DNA of 64,000 nucleotides from Prosthecobacter sp. (GTDB taxonomy: Bacteria; Verrucomicrobiota; Verrucomicrobiia; Verrucomicrobiales; Verrucomicrobiaceae): assembly GCF_044236155.1 (NCBI RefSeq), contig NZ_JBIIHA010000008.1, positions 65,353 through 129,352 on the forward strand. The letters are read 5' to 3'. The notes under the pieces were generated by a model. The model was not told where the DNA came from, did no database searches, and worked only from the letters and a program-made list of their open reading frames with translations. Within the stretch, counting starts at the first letter, position 1; the number at the start of each line of letters is the position of its first letter. Of the stretch, positions 17,380 to 26,688 are shown piece after piece. Made by a program: the position numbers and the translations under genes.

Positions 17380-18495
17380 TCACTTCGCCTTCTTCGGCGG
17401 TGCGGGATGCGCGGTGAGGTTCGCGGCGGCTTGCAGCAGTTTTTCGTGCTCGGCGGTGTTCGCAGGGAGGGTTTCTTTGGCGAAGGCGGGCAGCAGTTTC
17501 TCCCACACGAGATCGAGTTCGCTCTGCATCTGGCCGGTCTGCGCGGTGATGGCGATCACGGCGTCGTGCTCGGGGATCACGAGGCAGATTTGGCCGTCAC
17601 GGCCGTCACCACGGAAGCAGTTGTGCTGGCAGCGCCAGAACTGGAAGCCGTAGCCTTGTTGCCAGTCGGACGTTTTGCCGCTGGGCGCTTTGGAATTGTC
17701 CACGTGCTTCGAGGTGGCTTCATCGACCCATTTTTCGGAGAGCAATTGCTGCCCGTTCCACTTGCCGCGTTGCAGGTAGAGCTGACCAAACTTCGCGATG
17801 TCTTCCGTGCGGATGTGCAGGCCGTAACCGCCGAGGCTGTAGCCCTCCGCGCTCGCATCCCAGACGGGACTCTCGATGCCGAGCGGCTCAAAGAGACGCG
17901 GCTTGAGGTAGTCGAGCACCGTTTGGCCCGTAGCCTTAGTGAGGATGGCGGAGAGCATGTAGGTGCCGGGCGTGTTGTAACGGAAAAAGGTGCCCGGCTT
18001 CTGAGTGACCGGATGCGCGAGGAAACCCTTCACCGACGGGCCGGTGTCGAAGCCAAACTTCGGCTCCACCTCGTGCCCGCCGCTCATCGAGAGCAGGTCG
18101 CGCGCTCGCATGGCCTTGAGGTTCTCGCTCGCTTCCGCAGGCGCATCGTTGGGGAAAAATTTCAGCACCGGATCATCGAGCGTCAGCTTGCCCTCCGCCA
18201 CCGCGAGGCCGATGGCGGTGGAGGTGAAGCTCTTGCTCAGTGACCACATGACGTGGCGCTTCTCCGCCGACTCCGGCTTCCACCATGCCTCCGCGATAAC
18301 ATGACCGTGACGCACAAGCATGAAACTGTGCAGCGTGTTGATTTGCTTGTCCGCCGTCTCGATGAAGTCACGCACCGCAGCCGAGGAAATGCCCTGCTGC
18401 TCGGGGGTGCTGCGGGGCAGAGCTTTATCAGCGGAATGAGCAGCCAAGGTGCTGACGAGCAGCAGGAGTGGGAGAACGAAGAGTCGGTGAATCAT
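17380..18495 (-). CDS. Serine hydrolase, beta-lactamase (class C/PBP4-like) family
   Basis: A signal peptide is present, together with the SxxK motif in VMWSLSKSFTSTAIGLAV and a typical length of 371 aa. Confidence 0.9.
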   Translation of the reverse strand: MIHRLFVLPLLLLVSTLAAHSADKALPRSTPEQQGISSAAVRDFIETADKQINTLHSFMLVRHGHVIAEAWWKPESAEKRHVMWSLSKSFTSTAIGLAVAEGKLTLDDPVLKFFPNDAPAEASENLKAMRARDLLSMSGGHEVEPKFGFDTGPSVKGFLAHPVTQKPGTFFRYNTPGTYMLSAILTKATGQTVLDYLKPRLFEPLGIESPVWDASAEGYSLGGYGLHIRTEDIAKFGQLYLQRGKWNGQQLLSEKWVDEATSKHVDNSKAPSGKTSDWQQGYGFQFWRCQHNCFRGDGRDGQICLVIPEHDAVIAITAQTGQMQSELDLVWEKLLPAFAKETLPANTAEHEKLLQAAANLTAHPAPPKKAK

Positions 18496-18628
18496 GGAGG
18501 GGAGGCTTTTAGTGGAGATCGCACTTCAACTCGACCAATGCCTCCACTCTTTCGCTGAGGAACTTTTGCGACACCACGATGAACGCGACCACTTCCACGG
18601 CTCGGAGTTTCAAAAGTCTCCCAAAGCC

Positions 18629-19606
18629 ATGAAGTCTCTCGTTTGCGCCTTTTTCACCTCTTTAGCCGTAACGGCCACTTTCGCCTATGATCCGCTGAAA
18701 GTGCCGGAGGCCGCTTTGGCGGCTCCACTCGACTTCACCGTGCAGGATGCCTCACGCGAGCGTGCCTTGCCGATCCGTGTGTATCTGCCTGCGGCGTCGA
18801 AAGCAGCCCCAGTCGTGCTTTTTAGCCATGGGCTGGGTGGTTCGCGGGAGAACAATCCGTATCTCGGCAAGCACTGGTCGGCTCGTGGTTATGCGGTCAT
18901 CTTTGTGCAGCATCCGGGCAGCGATGAATCCGTGTGGAAGGGCCAGGGACCGGCTCGCATCCCGATGGCGATGAAGCAGGCGGCCAGCGTGCAGAACTTC
19001 ATCCTGCGTGCGGCGGACATCCCAGCGGTGCTTGATCAACTCACGCACTGGAATGCCGAGGAGGCGCACGCCTTGCGCGGCAGGCTCGATCTCACCCGCG
19101 TGGGCATGTCCGGCCATTCGTTCGGCGCGGTGACCACGCAGGCGGTCAGCGGACAAACCATGCCCATCGGCCGCAGTCTCACCGATCCGCGCATCAAAGC
19201 CGCCGTGATGATGAGCCCCAGCGTGCCCGCCGCAGGCAATGCCGAGCGTGCGTTTGGCAGCGTGACGATGCCGTGGCTGCTCATGACCGGCACGAAGGAC
19301 GTGGCCCGCATCGGCGGCATGACGCTCGGCGGAAACCTCGATTCGCGTCTCGGCGTCTATCCCGCACTGCCGCCCGGGGACAAATACGAACTCGTCCTCC
19401 ACGAAGCCGAGCACGGAGCCTTCGGAGAACGCGCCCTGCCCGGCGAAGGCCGCCAGCAAAACCCGAATCACCACCGCGTCATCCTCGCCCTCAGCACCGC
19501 CTTTTGGGATGCCTTCCTCAAAGGCGATACCGAGGCCAAAGCGTGGCTGAATGGCGAAGGCACACGCTCGGTGCTGGAGAAAGAAGACAATTGGCAGCGG
19601 AAGTGA
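18629..19606 (+). CDS. Alpha/beta hydrolase (PAF-acetylhydrolase / dienelactone-hydrolase-like), secreted
   Basis: ATG 18629 gives MKSLVCAFFTSLAVTATFA. VLFSHGLGGSR and the nucleophile elbow GMSGHSFGA are present. Confidence 0.8.
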   Translation: MKSLVCAFFTSLAVTATFAYDPLKVPEAALAAPLDFTVQDASRERALPIRVYLPAASKAAPVVLFSHGLGGSRENNPYLGKHWSARGYAVIFVQHPGSDESVWKGQGPARIPMAMKQAASVQNFILRAADIPAVLDQLTHWNAEEAHALRGRLDLTRVGMSGHSFGAVTTQAVSGQTMPIGRSLTDPRIKAAVMMSPSVPAAGNAERAFGSVTMPWLLMTGTKDVARIGGMTLGGNLDSRLGVYPALPPGDKYELVLHEAEHGAFGERALPGEGRQQNPNHHRVILALSTAFWDAFLKGDTEAKAWLNGEGTRSVLEKEDNWQRK

Positions 19607-19628
19607 GCGTTCATAGCTCAAAGCTGCC

Positions 19629-20411
19629 ATGAAACGACTCCTCACACTCACCACACTCACCACACTCCTCGCACTGCCCTCGCTCGCGCAGGAGCCTTTG
19701 CCCAAAGTCAAAGCCGAGATCTTTGATGTCAGCAGTCACAAAGCGGTGCTCCATGCCGCACCGAAGCCCGCCGAGGGCAAACCATGGGTTTGGTATGCGC
19801 CCACACTGAACGGCGGTGTGTCGCTGGCGGGACGCCCGATGTATTTCGAGGCCTTCATGAAGGCGGGCATCAGTCTCGCGGGCTTTGATCTGGGCGAGGT
19901 GCGCGGCTCTCCGGCGAGTTCAGCGAAGTTCACGCTGTTTTACGACGCGATGGTGAAGCGCGGTTTCTCGGCGAAGCCGATCCTGCTCGGCCAAAGTCGC
20001 GGCGGCATGATGACTCTCGCCTGGGCTTTTAGAAATCCCGACAAGTTGAAGGCCTGGGTCGGGATCTATCCCGTCTGCAATCTGGCGAGCTGGCCGTTGA
20101 AGAACTCGAAGCCGCAAACACTCGCCGACTACGCGCTGCCGGAAACAGACCTCGTGGCGCGACTGAAGGAGTTCAATCCCATCGACAACCTCGCCGGTCT
20201 GGCTGCGAACAAGGTGCCCATGTTTGCCGTGCATGGCGACAGCGACGTCGTGGTGCCCTACGACGACAACACCAAGCTCCTCAAAGAGCGCTACGAAGCC
20301 GCCGGCGGTTCCTTCAGTGTGAAGATCGTCCCCGGCGAAGGCCACAAGGTCGGTCCGTCGTTTTTCGAGTGCCAGGAACTGGTCGATTTTGTCCTCAAAC
20401 ACGCCAAATAA
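19629..20411 (+). CDS. Alpha/beta hydrolase (S9 peptidase/esterase-like), secreted
   Basis: The signal peptide is MKRLLTLTTLTTLLALPSLAQ. GQSRGGMMTLAWAF is the GxSxG elbow, and the HGDSDVVVPY and GEGHK triad context are present. Confidence 0.8.
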   Translation: MKRLLTLTTLTTLLALPSLAQEPLPKVKAEIFDVSSHKAVLHAAPKPAEGKPWVWYAPTLNGGVSLAGRPMYFEAFMKAGISLAGFDLGEVRGSPASSAKFTLFYDAMVKRGFSAKPILLGQSRGGMMTLAWAFRNPDKLKAWVGIYPVCNLASWPLKNSKPQTLADYALPETDLVARLKEFNPIDNLAGLAANKVPMFAVHGDSDVVVPYDDNTKLLKERYEAAGGSFSVKIVPGEGHKVGPSFFECQELVDFVLKHAK

Positions 20412-20419
20412 TCGCCACC

Positions 20420-20863
20420 ATGAAAACCCTGCTCGCCTCACTCGCTCTGCTGTTCGTCGTCCAAGCCTTCGCGGCCGAAAATCCGCAGCTCGCCGCTGTT
20501 CAGACGGCTGACAAAGCCCGCGTGGCCGCGATGCAATCGGGCGATCGTGCGAAGCTCGAAGACATCTTTTCTGATGAGCTGCGTTATGCGCACTCGAACG
20601 GCATCGTGGATACCAAAAAGTCGTTCATCGAGATCCTCAGCGCCGGGAAAACGAAGTATGTGGTCTATAATTATGAGGAGCAGAAGTTCACCTTCCCCGC
20701 GCCAGGTATCGCGCTCATGACGGGTCGTGCGCATGTCAAAGCGGAGTCTGAAGGCAAGGCGATGGATGCTGTCCTCAGCTTCCTGGCCGTGTGGCGCGAG
20801 GAAAAGGGCCAGTGGCGCTTTCTCGCGTGGCAGTCGTGCAAACTGCCGCCGAAGCAGCCTTGA
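20420..20863 (+). CDS. DUF4440/NTF2-like secreted protein
   Basis: ATG 20420 gives MKTLLASLALLFVVQAFA. DKARVAAMQSGDRAKLEDIFSDELRYAHSNG...GQWRFLAWQS is the SnoaL/DUF4440-type pattern. Confidence 0.7.
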   Translation: MKTLLASLALLFVVQAFAAENPQLAAVQTADKARVAAMQSGDRAKLEDIFSDELRYAHSNGIVDTKKSFIEILSAGKTKYVVYNYEEQKFTFPAPGIALMTGRAHVKAESEGKAMDAVLSFLAVWREEKGQWRFLAWQSCKLPPKQP

Positions 20864-20872
20864 TCGTCGAAG

Positions 20873-22381
20873 CTACTTCACAAATTCGGTGAACCCGGCC
20901 TCTGTGCGCTTGAGTTCTGACTTCATCGCTTCGCGCAGCTTCGCGATGCGTTCGGCGTGCGATTCATCCCCAATGAGATTTTTCAACTCCTCGGGATCTG
21001 ATTTCAGATCGTAGAGTTCCTCGCCGGATTGACCGTCGAGGTAATGCACGAGCTTGAAGTGATCCTGCACGAGTGCGGAGTAAAGCGGCACGCCTTGGAA
21101 GTTGTCCTGTTTGCCCTGGGTGAGAATGGTCTGGCTGACTTTGGAGCCGTATTCGTTCCCCATGTGCTCGTAGTAGCAGGCATGCGGCCAGACGTTGTCG
21201 GGCTTTTCGAGCAATGGAGTAAGGTCACGGCCATGCACGGGCCACGGCACTTTGACGCCGGTCATGGCGAGGAAGGTGGCAGAGAGGTCGGTGGCGTTGA
21301 CGGACGCGTCAGAGACTTTGCCTTTCGGGAACCGCGAAGGCATGCTGACGATGAGTGGAGAGCGGTAGTTCGCATCGTAAGGCGCGAGCTTGGTGCGGAA
21401 GCCGTGCTCGCCCATGCTGAAGCCCTGGTCGGCGGTGTAGATGATGAGGGTGTTGTCGTATTGGCCGGTTTCCTTGAGCGCGGCGATGAGTTGACCAACA
21501 CCTTCGTCGATGGCGGGCACGCATTCGTTCACTTGGCGGACCCAGTCATCGAAGCGCTTGGCTTTTTTCGTCTCGCCGAAGGCTTCGCCACCTTTTTTGG
21601 CGATGGGATGGCCGTCTTCACCTTTGGCCCAGGCCTGCATCTTGTTGAGATAATCAGGCTTGCCTTCGCGTGGTGGGAAGATGTCGGCAGGCACGGGCAC
21701 TTCGGCATCTTTGTAGCTGCCAAGGTGACGCTTGGCAGGCTTCGACGGGCCATGGACGCTGCCGTAGCAGAGCCAGAGATACCAGGGTTTCGAAGCATCG
21801 CGATTTTTGCCACGAATGTAGTCGAGGGACCACTGGGTGTAATTGTCCGCGGGATAGCCGTCCACGGTCTGCTCCTTGCCGTCGATGCTAAGAATTTGTT
21901 TCTCGTAATACGCGCCGGCATTTTCAGGATGCAGCGGCCGGTTCCACACGATCTGATGATCCCAATCACGGCCCCAGCCAGAATCGGTACCGGTGTGCCA
22001 CTTGCCGATCTGCGCGGTGTGATAGCCCTGCTGGCGCATTTGCGCAGGAATGAACGGGCACTGTTTCGGATCGTAGGTGCTGCCGGGATACTTGCCTTCC
22101 ATCGACATCGACTCGATGCCATGCGGATGCCGACCGGTGAGCAACGTGGCGCGTGAAGGCATGCACCAGGAGCCGAGATACGCGGCGTGGAAGCGCACGC
22201 CGTTCTTTGCCAGCGCGTCGATGTTTGGCGTCTTCACCCAGGGCCAGGAACCTGGATAGCAGCCGACGGTTTTCGTCGATTGATCGTCCGCGTAGATGAA
22301 GAGGATGTTCGGACGCTTTGTTTCGGCCGCGAGGACTTGAATCGAGACAATGCCAAGCAGGATGAGAACGTGTGCTTTCAT
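20873..22381 (-). CDS. Sulfatase (formylglycine-dependent, CxPxR type), secreted
   Basis: ATG 22381 gives MKAHVLILLGIVSIQVLA. PNILFIYADDQS and the canonical WCMPSRATLLTGR motif are present. Confidence 0.9.
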   Translation of the reverse strand: MKAHVLILLGIVSIQVLAAETKRPNILFIYADDQSTKTVGCYPGSWPWVKTPNIDALAKNGVRFHAAYLGSWCMPSRATLLTGRHPHGIESMSMEGKYPGSTYDPKQCPFIPAQMRQQGYHTAQIGKWHTGTDSGWGRDWDHQIVWNRPLHPENAGAYYEKQILSIDGKEQTVDGYPADNYTQWSLDYIRGKNRDASKPWYLWLCYGSVHGPSKPAKRHLGSYKDAEVPVPADIFPPREGKPDYLNKMQAWAKGEDGHPIAKKGGEAFGETKKAKRFDDWVRQVNECVPAIDEGVGQLIAALKETGQYDNTLIIYTADQGFSMGEHGFRTKLAPYDANYRSPLIVSMPSRFPKGKVSDASVNATDLSATFLAMTGVKVPWPVHGRDLTPLLEKPDNVWPHACYYEHMGNEYGSKVSQTILTQGKQDNFQGVPLYSALVQDHFKLVHYLDGQSGEELYDLKSDPEELKNLIGDESHAERIAKLREAMKSELKRTEAGFTEFVK

Positions 22382-22429
22382 GAGGTGCGCGTTAAACGCC
22401 ATGCACCGCGGCTTTGTAGCCGTGAAAAC

Positions 22430-24820
22430 TCACGCGGCGGTGCCCTGCGAAGGCGGCGGCAGCTTTGCCACGGGCGGAGGACGCGGCACGCCGGGCGGAG
22501 GTTTGGCCACAGGCGGCGCAGGCGGGCGGGCGACAGGTTTGGCAACAACCGAAGGCGGAGAAGGCGGTCTGGCGGCCGGGAATCCCGGTGGTTTTGCAGC
22601 GGGTGGAGGCGGTGGCACGGCTGTGGGAACCGCAGGTGGTTTCACAACGGCCACGGGAGGTGGTTTGGCCGCGGGCGGTCGTGCGATGGTGGAGAGCACC
22701 GAGGGAGGTGGCGGCGCGGACACCGGCGCCGCTTTCGGCGCGTGGGTTTTCTGAATCATGTCCCACAAACGCAGGCCGCGAAGCTGCGGATGATTTCGCA
22801 GCGCGGCGAGCACGTTGTCCTTGGTCGCGGGCGGCTCGGTGGGGAGCTGGTCGTAGGAGCCTTCGCGCTGGGCGGCGAGCAGGCGGCCGAGTGCGTCGAG
22901 CACGGCGGTCTCGGAGGCGGGAATGTGATGGAAGGTGTTCTTCGCCTTGAAGGAGTTCAGAAGCTCGAGCGTGAGCTGGCCGGAGACCGGCGCGATGTCA
23001 TGCCGCAGAAGCAGTGTGTCGCCACCCGCCTCCTTGAGGCGCTCCAGCACGGCGATGAAGCTGCCGCGCATCGAGTCGGTGGTGATGACGCGTGTCTTTC
23101 CACCGCCCCACTCGAACCAGCGGTCGGTGCCGTCGAAGTTGTCATACGATTTGCGGATGTCGCCGTCAGTGATCGTCACCGGCGGGGCGACCATGAGGCC
23201 GATGAGATCACGCACACGCTCACCGAGATCGATGGCACTGGACGCGGCGGTGTCGGCTTTCGCGGCCTCCACAGCCTGCTGGAGGAGTGCGTCGATTTTT
23301 TCCGCCAGCGATGGCTTGGAAACGGCCGCCGGAACGGACAAAGGAGCAGCTTCTGGCGCGGAAACGGCCGACACGGGAACTGCGACCGCCACGGGCGCGG
23401 CCGGCTGCTTTTCCTTCGGCTCTTCAACCACACGCACCGCCACAGGCGCGGTTTCAGGAGTCGTCGGCGGCACGGGTGGTGAAGGCGCGACCGCAGCAGG
23501 CGGCGCAATGATCGCGGCGAGGGCCGCCACGGCAGGAGGCGGTGGTGCGGGAGGAACTGCGGCAGCAGGAATGGGCGGTGGCGTGGCTGTAATGTTCACC
23601 ACGGGCGCGCTGGCCATCGTGACGACATCCTTCGGCAAAGGCGGAGCCTCGCCGACGGCACGCATGGCATAAACTTCCGCCGCCGCCGCGAGCAAGTGGC
23701 GCGGGAAGATCGCTCCGCCGGCGGTGAGACGCGTGATGTCCTCCTCCAGCAGCGGATGGATGGCCGAGGTGATGCCGTCTTTCTTTCGCTGTGCTACGAG
23801 CTCCGGAGTTTCGAGGCGGCAGGCGAGCAGCAGGCGCTTCTGCTCGTTCGCGATGGGCAGCATGTCGATCACCGGCAGGCGGAAGCCGAGCGGCGCGTTG
23901 CTGTCCGGCACGCCGACGCGTCCGCGCAGCGCCTGGCTCAGCGCGGCGTCCCACATGGCAAAACGTTCCGCCACCAGGCCGATCAGCACGACCCAGTTCT
24001 CGCTTTGGTCGATCAGCGAGAAGAGCAGGCGCTGCATCTCGTCAAACTGCGGCTGGGTGATGATGAGGTCGAGCTGGTCGAGCACGAGCACCACGGGCGC
24101 GCCGGCCTGCGCGGCCAGTTTGCCGAAAAGCTGGATCACCACGCCCATCTCTCCGCGCTGCAGCGGCTCAGGCACGCCGAGATACTTCAATTCATTTTCC
24201 GTGAGGTAGGCCGCTCCTGAGAGCCACTGCGCGGCGAGGTGCTCCTTGTCCTCGCGCAAAATGTTCAGCAGGCAGCGCAGCACGCTGCGCGGCACCATCG
24301 GATGCTCCGCCTCCAGAAGCTGCACCGCTTGGTGGATCATCTCCTTGCGTGTTTCCAGCTCGATCTCCGCCCATGCCTCATGCAGCTCCGGGAAGGTGAA
24401 CTGCTGCTCCACCACAGGCTTCAGCAGCGCGTAGGCCAGCAGACGGAGCTGGCTGTAGGGCGCCTGCTTTCCGTCCGCAGCACGAACCGGATGCCGCATG
24501 CTACTGATGAACCGCGTGAGGATGAAGTGCTCCAGCGCCTCCGGTTGCAGCGGCGGATTCGGCGCGTAGGCGTAGAAAATGCCGTCCGCGCATTCACGAT
24601 GGAGGCGTGCGAAAATGTGCGACTTCCCGGAGCCGCCGGCACCGCGCACGAACCGCACCTGGCTGCGCTTTTGCGCGCGCACCTGATCGACGGCAATCTT
24701 CAGCGCGCCGAACGGCACCGAATGAATGTAGGGCACATCCGGCAGCAAAGAGGCGTTCCACAAGTCATTCTCACCGACACTCGTGACGGTGAACGGATTC
24801 AGGGCGACGTAGGGAGACAT
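22430..24820 (-). CDS. P-loop NTPase (ORC/Cdc6-like AAA+ features) with an internal Pro/Ala tract, an unknown C-terminal domain and a polyproline tail
   Basis: 796 aa. Walker A is GAGGSGKS (24620-24643) and Walker B is VVLVLDQLD (24068-24094). The lid-like segment is LTAGGAIFPRHLLAAAAEVYAMRA. Residues ~395-500 and ~695-796 are P/A/V/K-rich. Confidence 0.8.
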   Translation of the reverse strand: MSPYVALNPFTVTSVGENDLWNASLLPDVPYIHSVPFGALKIAVDQVRAQKRSQVRFVRGAGGSGKSHIFARLHRECADGIFYAYAPNPPLQPEALEHFILTRFISSMRHPVRAADGKQAPYSQLRLLAYALLKPVVEQQFTFPELHEAWAEIELETRKEMIHQAVQLLEAEHPMVPRSVLRCLLNILREDKEHLAAQWLSGAAYLTENELKYLGVPEPLQRGEMGVVIQLFGKLAAQAGAPVVLVLDQLDLIITQPQFDEMQRLLFSLIDQSENWVVLIGLVAERFAMWDAALSQALRGRVGVPDSNAPLGFRLPVIDMLPIANEQKRLLLACRLETPELVAQRKKDGITSAIHPLLEEDITRLTAGGAIFPRHLLAAAAEVYAMRAVGEAPPLPKDVVTMASAPVVNITATPPPIPAAAVPPAPPPPAVAALAAIIAPPAAVAPSPPVPPTTPETAPVAVRVVEEPKEKQPAAPVAVAVPVSAVSAPEAAPLSVPAAVSKPSLAEKIDALLQQAVEAAKADTAASSAIDLGERVRDLIGLMVAPPVTITDGDIRKSYDNFDGTDRWFEWGGGKTRVITTDSMRGSFIAVLERLKEAGGDTLLLRHDIAPVSGQLTLELLNSFKAKNTFHHIPASETAVLDALGRLLAAQREGSYDQLPTEPPATKDNVLAALRNHPQLRGLRLWDMIQKTHAPKAAPVSAPPPPSVLSTIARPPAAKPPPVAVVKPPAVPTAVPPPPPAAKPPGFPAARPPSPPSVVAKPVARPPAPPVAKPPPGVPRPPPVAKLPPPSQGTAA

Positions 24821-24853
24821 GGGCGGGAGAGGATCGAAACGGCAGCGCTGCGA

Positions 24854-25717
24854 TCACGCGATCCAGCACCACGAGTAACCGGGAGGGCCGAGAGACATCG
24901 GCACGAGCATGGCACGCTCATGCTCGGGGAGGTCTTGCGGCCGTTCGCAGGGTTCTAGCAGGATGCGGCCATTGTTGTAAAGCTCCGTCATCAAATTTCG
25001 TAAAACCTGACTATCAGCCGCGCCTCCTTTTTCAGCCGCCCATGCGGCGTAGCGCTCAAAAGTTCGCGGGATCGCGATCATCATTGTCGAGGAGCGCAGA
25101 CGGTCCTGCTCGTACCATTCGCGCAGCAGCGCATCTTCAGGCAGCGGCGCTGTTTTTGGAGTTTCGATCTCAAGCGGGCTCGGTTCAGCGCGCTCCTCAT
25201 CATCGAGCCAAGCCGCGAAATCAGCCAGGGTCAGCGGCGTGCCGCGCAACGCGTTGATATCATCGAGCATATTCTGCAGGGCACGCCGTTTCGCCGTGTC
25301 GAGCAACTCGGAGGGCTTCGGACGGCGCGAATGCACCAACCGCTTCGCCCCAGGCATCACAAACGCCGCGCCTTGCGCGACAAGCGCACCCAAGGCGACC
25401 TCGAAATGCGGCTGCAGCACCACCGGCAGCTTCGCGCGCAGTTTCGCGGCCTGCGGCGGTTGTTTTGCCGCATGAATAAGCGGCCGCAGCATCGCCTCCG
25501 CGGCCTGTTCAAGGCCCAGCGTGGTGAACAATGCCGTTTTCCCAGCCGGGAGGCGGTTCAATCGTCCTGCCGCTGCCAGCGCATCAAGCGCCGTCGTCAC
25601 CACTTTCGGCGTCGCAGCCCGTCCGGCCTGCGGTTTGACGAGTTTCACGACCTGCGCCGCCTTCAACGGCATCTCCGCGCTTGTCACGGCCTGCAGAATG
25701 AGATCGTCGAGGTTCAT
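24854..25717 (-). CDS. Hypothetical protein with three winged-helix-like units
   Basis: ATG 25717 gives MNLDDLILQAV... The 25765 start would overlap the upstream gene. There is no catalytic motif. Repeated helix-turn-helix plus wing-like segments are present. The stop lies 33 nt before the NTPase start. Confidence 0.65.
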   Translation of the reverse strand: MNLDDLILQAVTSAEMPLKAAQVVKLVKPQAGRAATPKVVTTALDALAAAGRLNRLPAGKTALFTTLGLEQAAEAMLRPLIHAAKQPPQAAKLRAKLPVVLQPHFEVALGALVAQGAAFVMPGAKRLVHSRRPKPSELLDTAKRRALQNMLDDINALRGTPLTLADFAAWLDDEERAEPSPLEIETPKTAPLPEDALLREWYEQDRLRSSTMMIAIPRTFERYAAWAAEKGGAADSQVLRNLMTELYNNGRILLEPCERPQDLPEHERAMLVPMSLGPPGYSWCWIA

Positions 25718-25728
25718 GTGGAAAATAA

Positions 25729-26688
25729 TCAACGTTTGAGCGTTCGCGCGAGCCGGTCGAGCCATTTCGCGACATCATTCACCACCTCCTCGCGCTGCAC
25801 ATCATGCAGCAGCAGGTGATAGGAGCGCGTGTACCATAGCAGCTTCTTGTCGCGGCTGCGCACCTGCAGGAACAACGCCTGGATCTGATCCGCGGAGGAA
25901 AGCACGTCGTTCGGCGAGGCGACAAACAGCACAGGCATCTTCAGGCGGCGTACAGCGCCCGGATTTTCGTCCAACATGCCGCCCACTGTCGTGAGCAGCC
26001 GCAGCGAAAACGCGCTGACATGATGCGGTGTCACCGCCATCTGGCCGCCATGCGTCGAAGTCGAGGTCACCTGGATTTTTTTTTCGTCCACGCCCGCCAG
26101 ATCCCCCAGCGTGAAGCGCGTGCGCGGCGAGAGCTTCGCGGCCGTTTCGAGCAGAAAGCGCTGAAAGCCGCTGATCGTCTGCCGCAGTCCGGCCACGGGC
26201 GAGGCCAGGATGATTGCTTCGGGGTCGCTGCGATTCCCAAGCAAATCCGCCGCCGTGTGCAGCGCGATGAGGCTGCCAAGGCTCTCGCCATACCAGAATA
26301 CCGGCGTCTTCGGATGTCTGCGCCTCACCAGCGCGTGAAACGTCGCCAAGTCGCGCTTCCACACCTTCTCGCCAGAAATGTCGCCGCGCTCAGCCACCAC
26401 CGGGTCGTTGCCCTGCCCGCGCAAATCATACGCATACACGGTGTAGCCGCGCTTTGGCAGTTCCTGGCCCAGATACCAGAAATCCGACTTCGCGCCGCTC
26501 AGGCCATGCACCGCGATAACCACGCCGCGCGGTTTGCTGCCCGCCGGCACCATCCACGACTGCACCGGCATCACTTTGCCATCGTAGCTAACCCACTCGT
26601 CCTTGCGCAGCTCACCGCGTCCGCCGAGGGGCGTGAACGTCGAGCAGCCGGCCAGCGCCAGCATCATGATGAGCAAGAACAGCCTCAT
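25729..26688 (-). CDS. Alpha/beta hydrolase lipoprotein (lysophospholipase / monoglyceride-lipase-like)
   Basis: The lipobox is MMLALAGCS. VIAVHGLSGAKSDF, YDLRGQGN and the nucleophile elbow YGESLGS are present. The start overlaps the upstream stop (ATGA). Confidence 0.85.
   Translation of the reverse strand: MRLFLLIMMLALAGCSTFTPLGGRGELRKDEWVSYDGKVMPVQSWMVPAGSKPRGVVIAVHGLSGAKSDFWYLGQELPKRGYTVYAYDLRGQGNDPVVAERGDISGEKVWKRDLATFHALVRRRHPKTPVFWYGESLGSLIALHTAADLLGNRSDPEAIILASPVAGLRQTISGFQRFLLETAAKLSPRTRFTLGDLAGVDEKKIQVTSTSTHGGQMAVTPHHVSAFSLRLLTTVGGMLDENPGAVRRLKMPVLFVASPNDVLSSADQIQALFLQVRSRDKKLLWYTRSYHLLLHDVQREEVVNDVAKWLDRLARTLKR

Noticed and set aside
22187-23482. A 431-aa plus-strand ORF with RRRR/GGRG runs. 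Related GC-rich repetitive DNA at 22430-22760 and 23380-23640 was considered as a possible tandem repeat or CRISPR-like array.
   Set aside because: The repetitiveness is the antisense image of Pro/Ala/Lys codon runs (CCG/CCA/GCC/AAA) in the NTPase gene. There is no fixed repeat length and no unique spacers, so this is not a CRISPR array or a satellite.
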